Part shown: piece after piece, positions 24,349 to 24,749 of the stretch | Position numbering within the stretch: the stretch's first letter is position 1 | How the letters are laid out: the number at the start of each line of letters is the position of its first letter | NCBI GenBank assembly: GCA_003344405.1 | Contig: NOWV01000100.1 | Span: forward strand, 248,001-272,749 | Direction: 5' to 3' | DNA length: 24,749 nt | Source of the DNA: Trichoplax sp. H2 | Taxonomy: Eukaryota | Made by a program: the position numbers and the translations under genes | The notes under the pieces: model-generated | Databases searched by the model: none | Seen by the model: only the letters and a program-made list of their open reading frames with translations | What the model was told of the DNA's origin: nothing

Positions 24349-24663
24349 ATCAAACCAGTTATTTGACTAGGATATTTTGATGCTAGCAATAACAAAATTA
24401 TCTTAATCTTGTTAGAATATCATTATCTTGATGAGTTCTCATCAGGCTAGATAGTTTCATCGTTAGTCTTAGGATTCTATTTAATTTAATTTTACTTATA
24501 CATATGCCTTGTTTTCATTTCTCATGCTCATGCCTCAGTTGAATCATCCAACATATCGATTTAGTTGACGGCATTATCAAACCAGTTATTTCTAATAGGA
24601 TGTTTTAGCACCAGGCATAAAATTAACTATTGTGTTAAAACATCATTATCTTGAGGAGTTCTC
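24349..24663. repeat. Degenerate direct repeat, about 90-bp core, 227-bp offset
   Basis: ATCAAACCAGTTATTT...TAGGAT.TTTT...ATCATTATCTTGA.GAGTTCTC at 24349..24440 and 24576..24663. Confidence 0.85.
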
Positions 24664-24749
24664 CTAAAAGCTTCTTATTATACTGGATACTAATCGTTCA
24701 TTTTTATGATTACAGTGAATTAATTTGACCACAGTTATTCACCATTTCT

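Overview
AT-rich eukaryotic (animal-like) genomic DNA with compact genes and many short GT-AG introns. The style suggests an early-branching metazoan such as the placozoan Trichoplax, but this is inference only. I assembled four spliced genes by hand, checking exon phase at every junction: (1) a 5'-truncated gustatory-receptor-like 7-TM ion-channel gene (+, 61..3889); (2) TAF6 copy A (-, 12736..4992, 17 exons, about 1425 aa) with a roughly 950-aa Ser/Thr/acidic tail; (3) the spliceosome factor CWC15 (+, 15409..17671), which needs an 11-nt microexon to stay in frame; (4) TAF6 copy B (-, 23402..about 18991, about 562 aa), with the same core exon structure and a short tail. The divergent TAF6-A/CWC15 intergenic region holds a young 7-unit 94/102-bp higher-order tandem array with 20-bp palindromes and an older 3-copy repeat. 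I found no prokaryotic system, CRISPR array, RNA gene or intact transposon. The most interesting points are the divergent TAF6 pair (tail asymmetry, shared loss of a conserved motif, TAF6-delta-like alternative donors), the GR-like channel, and the promoter array.
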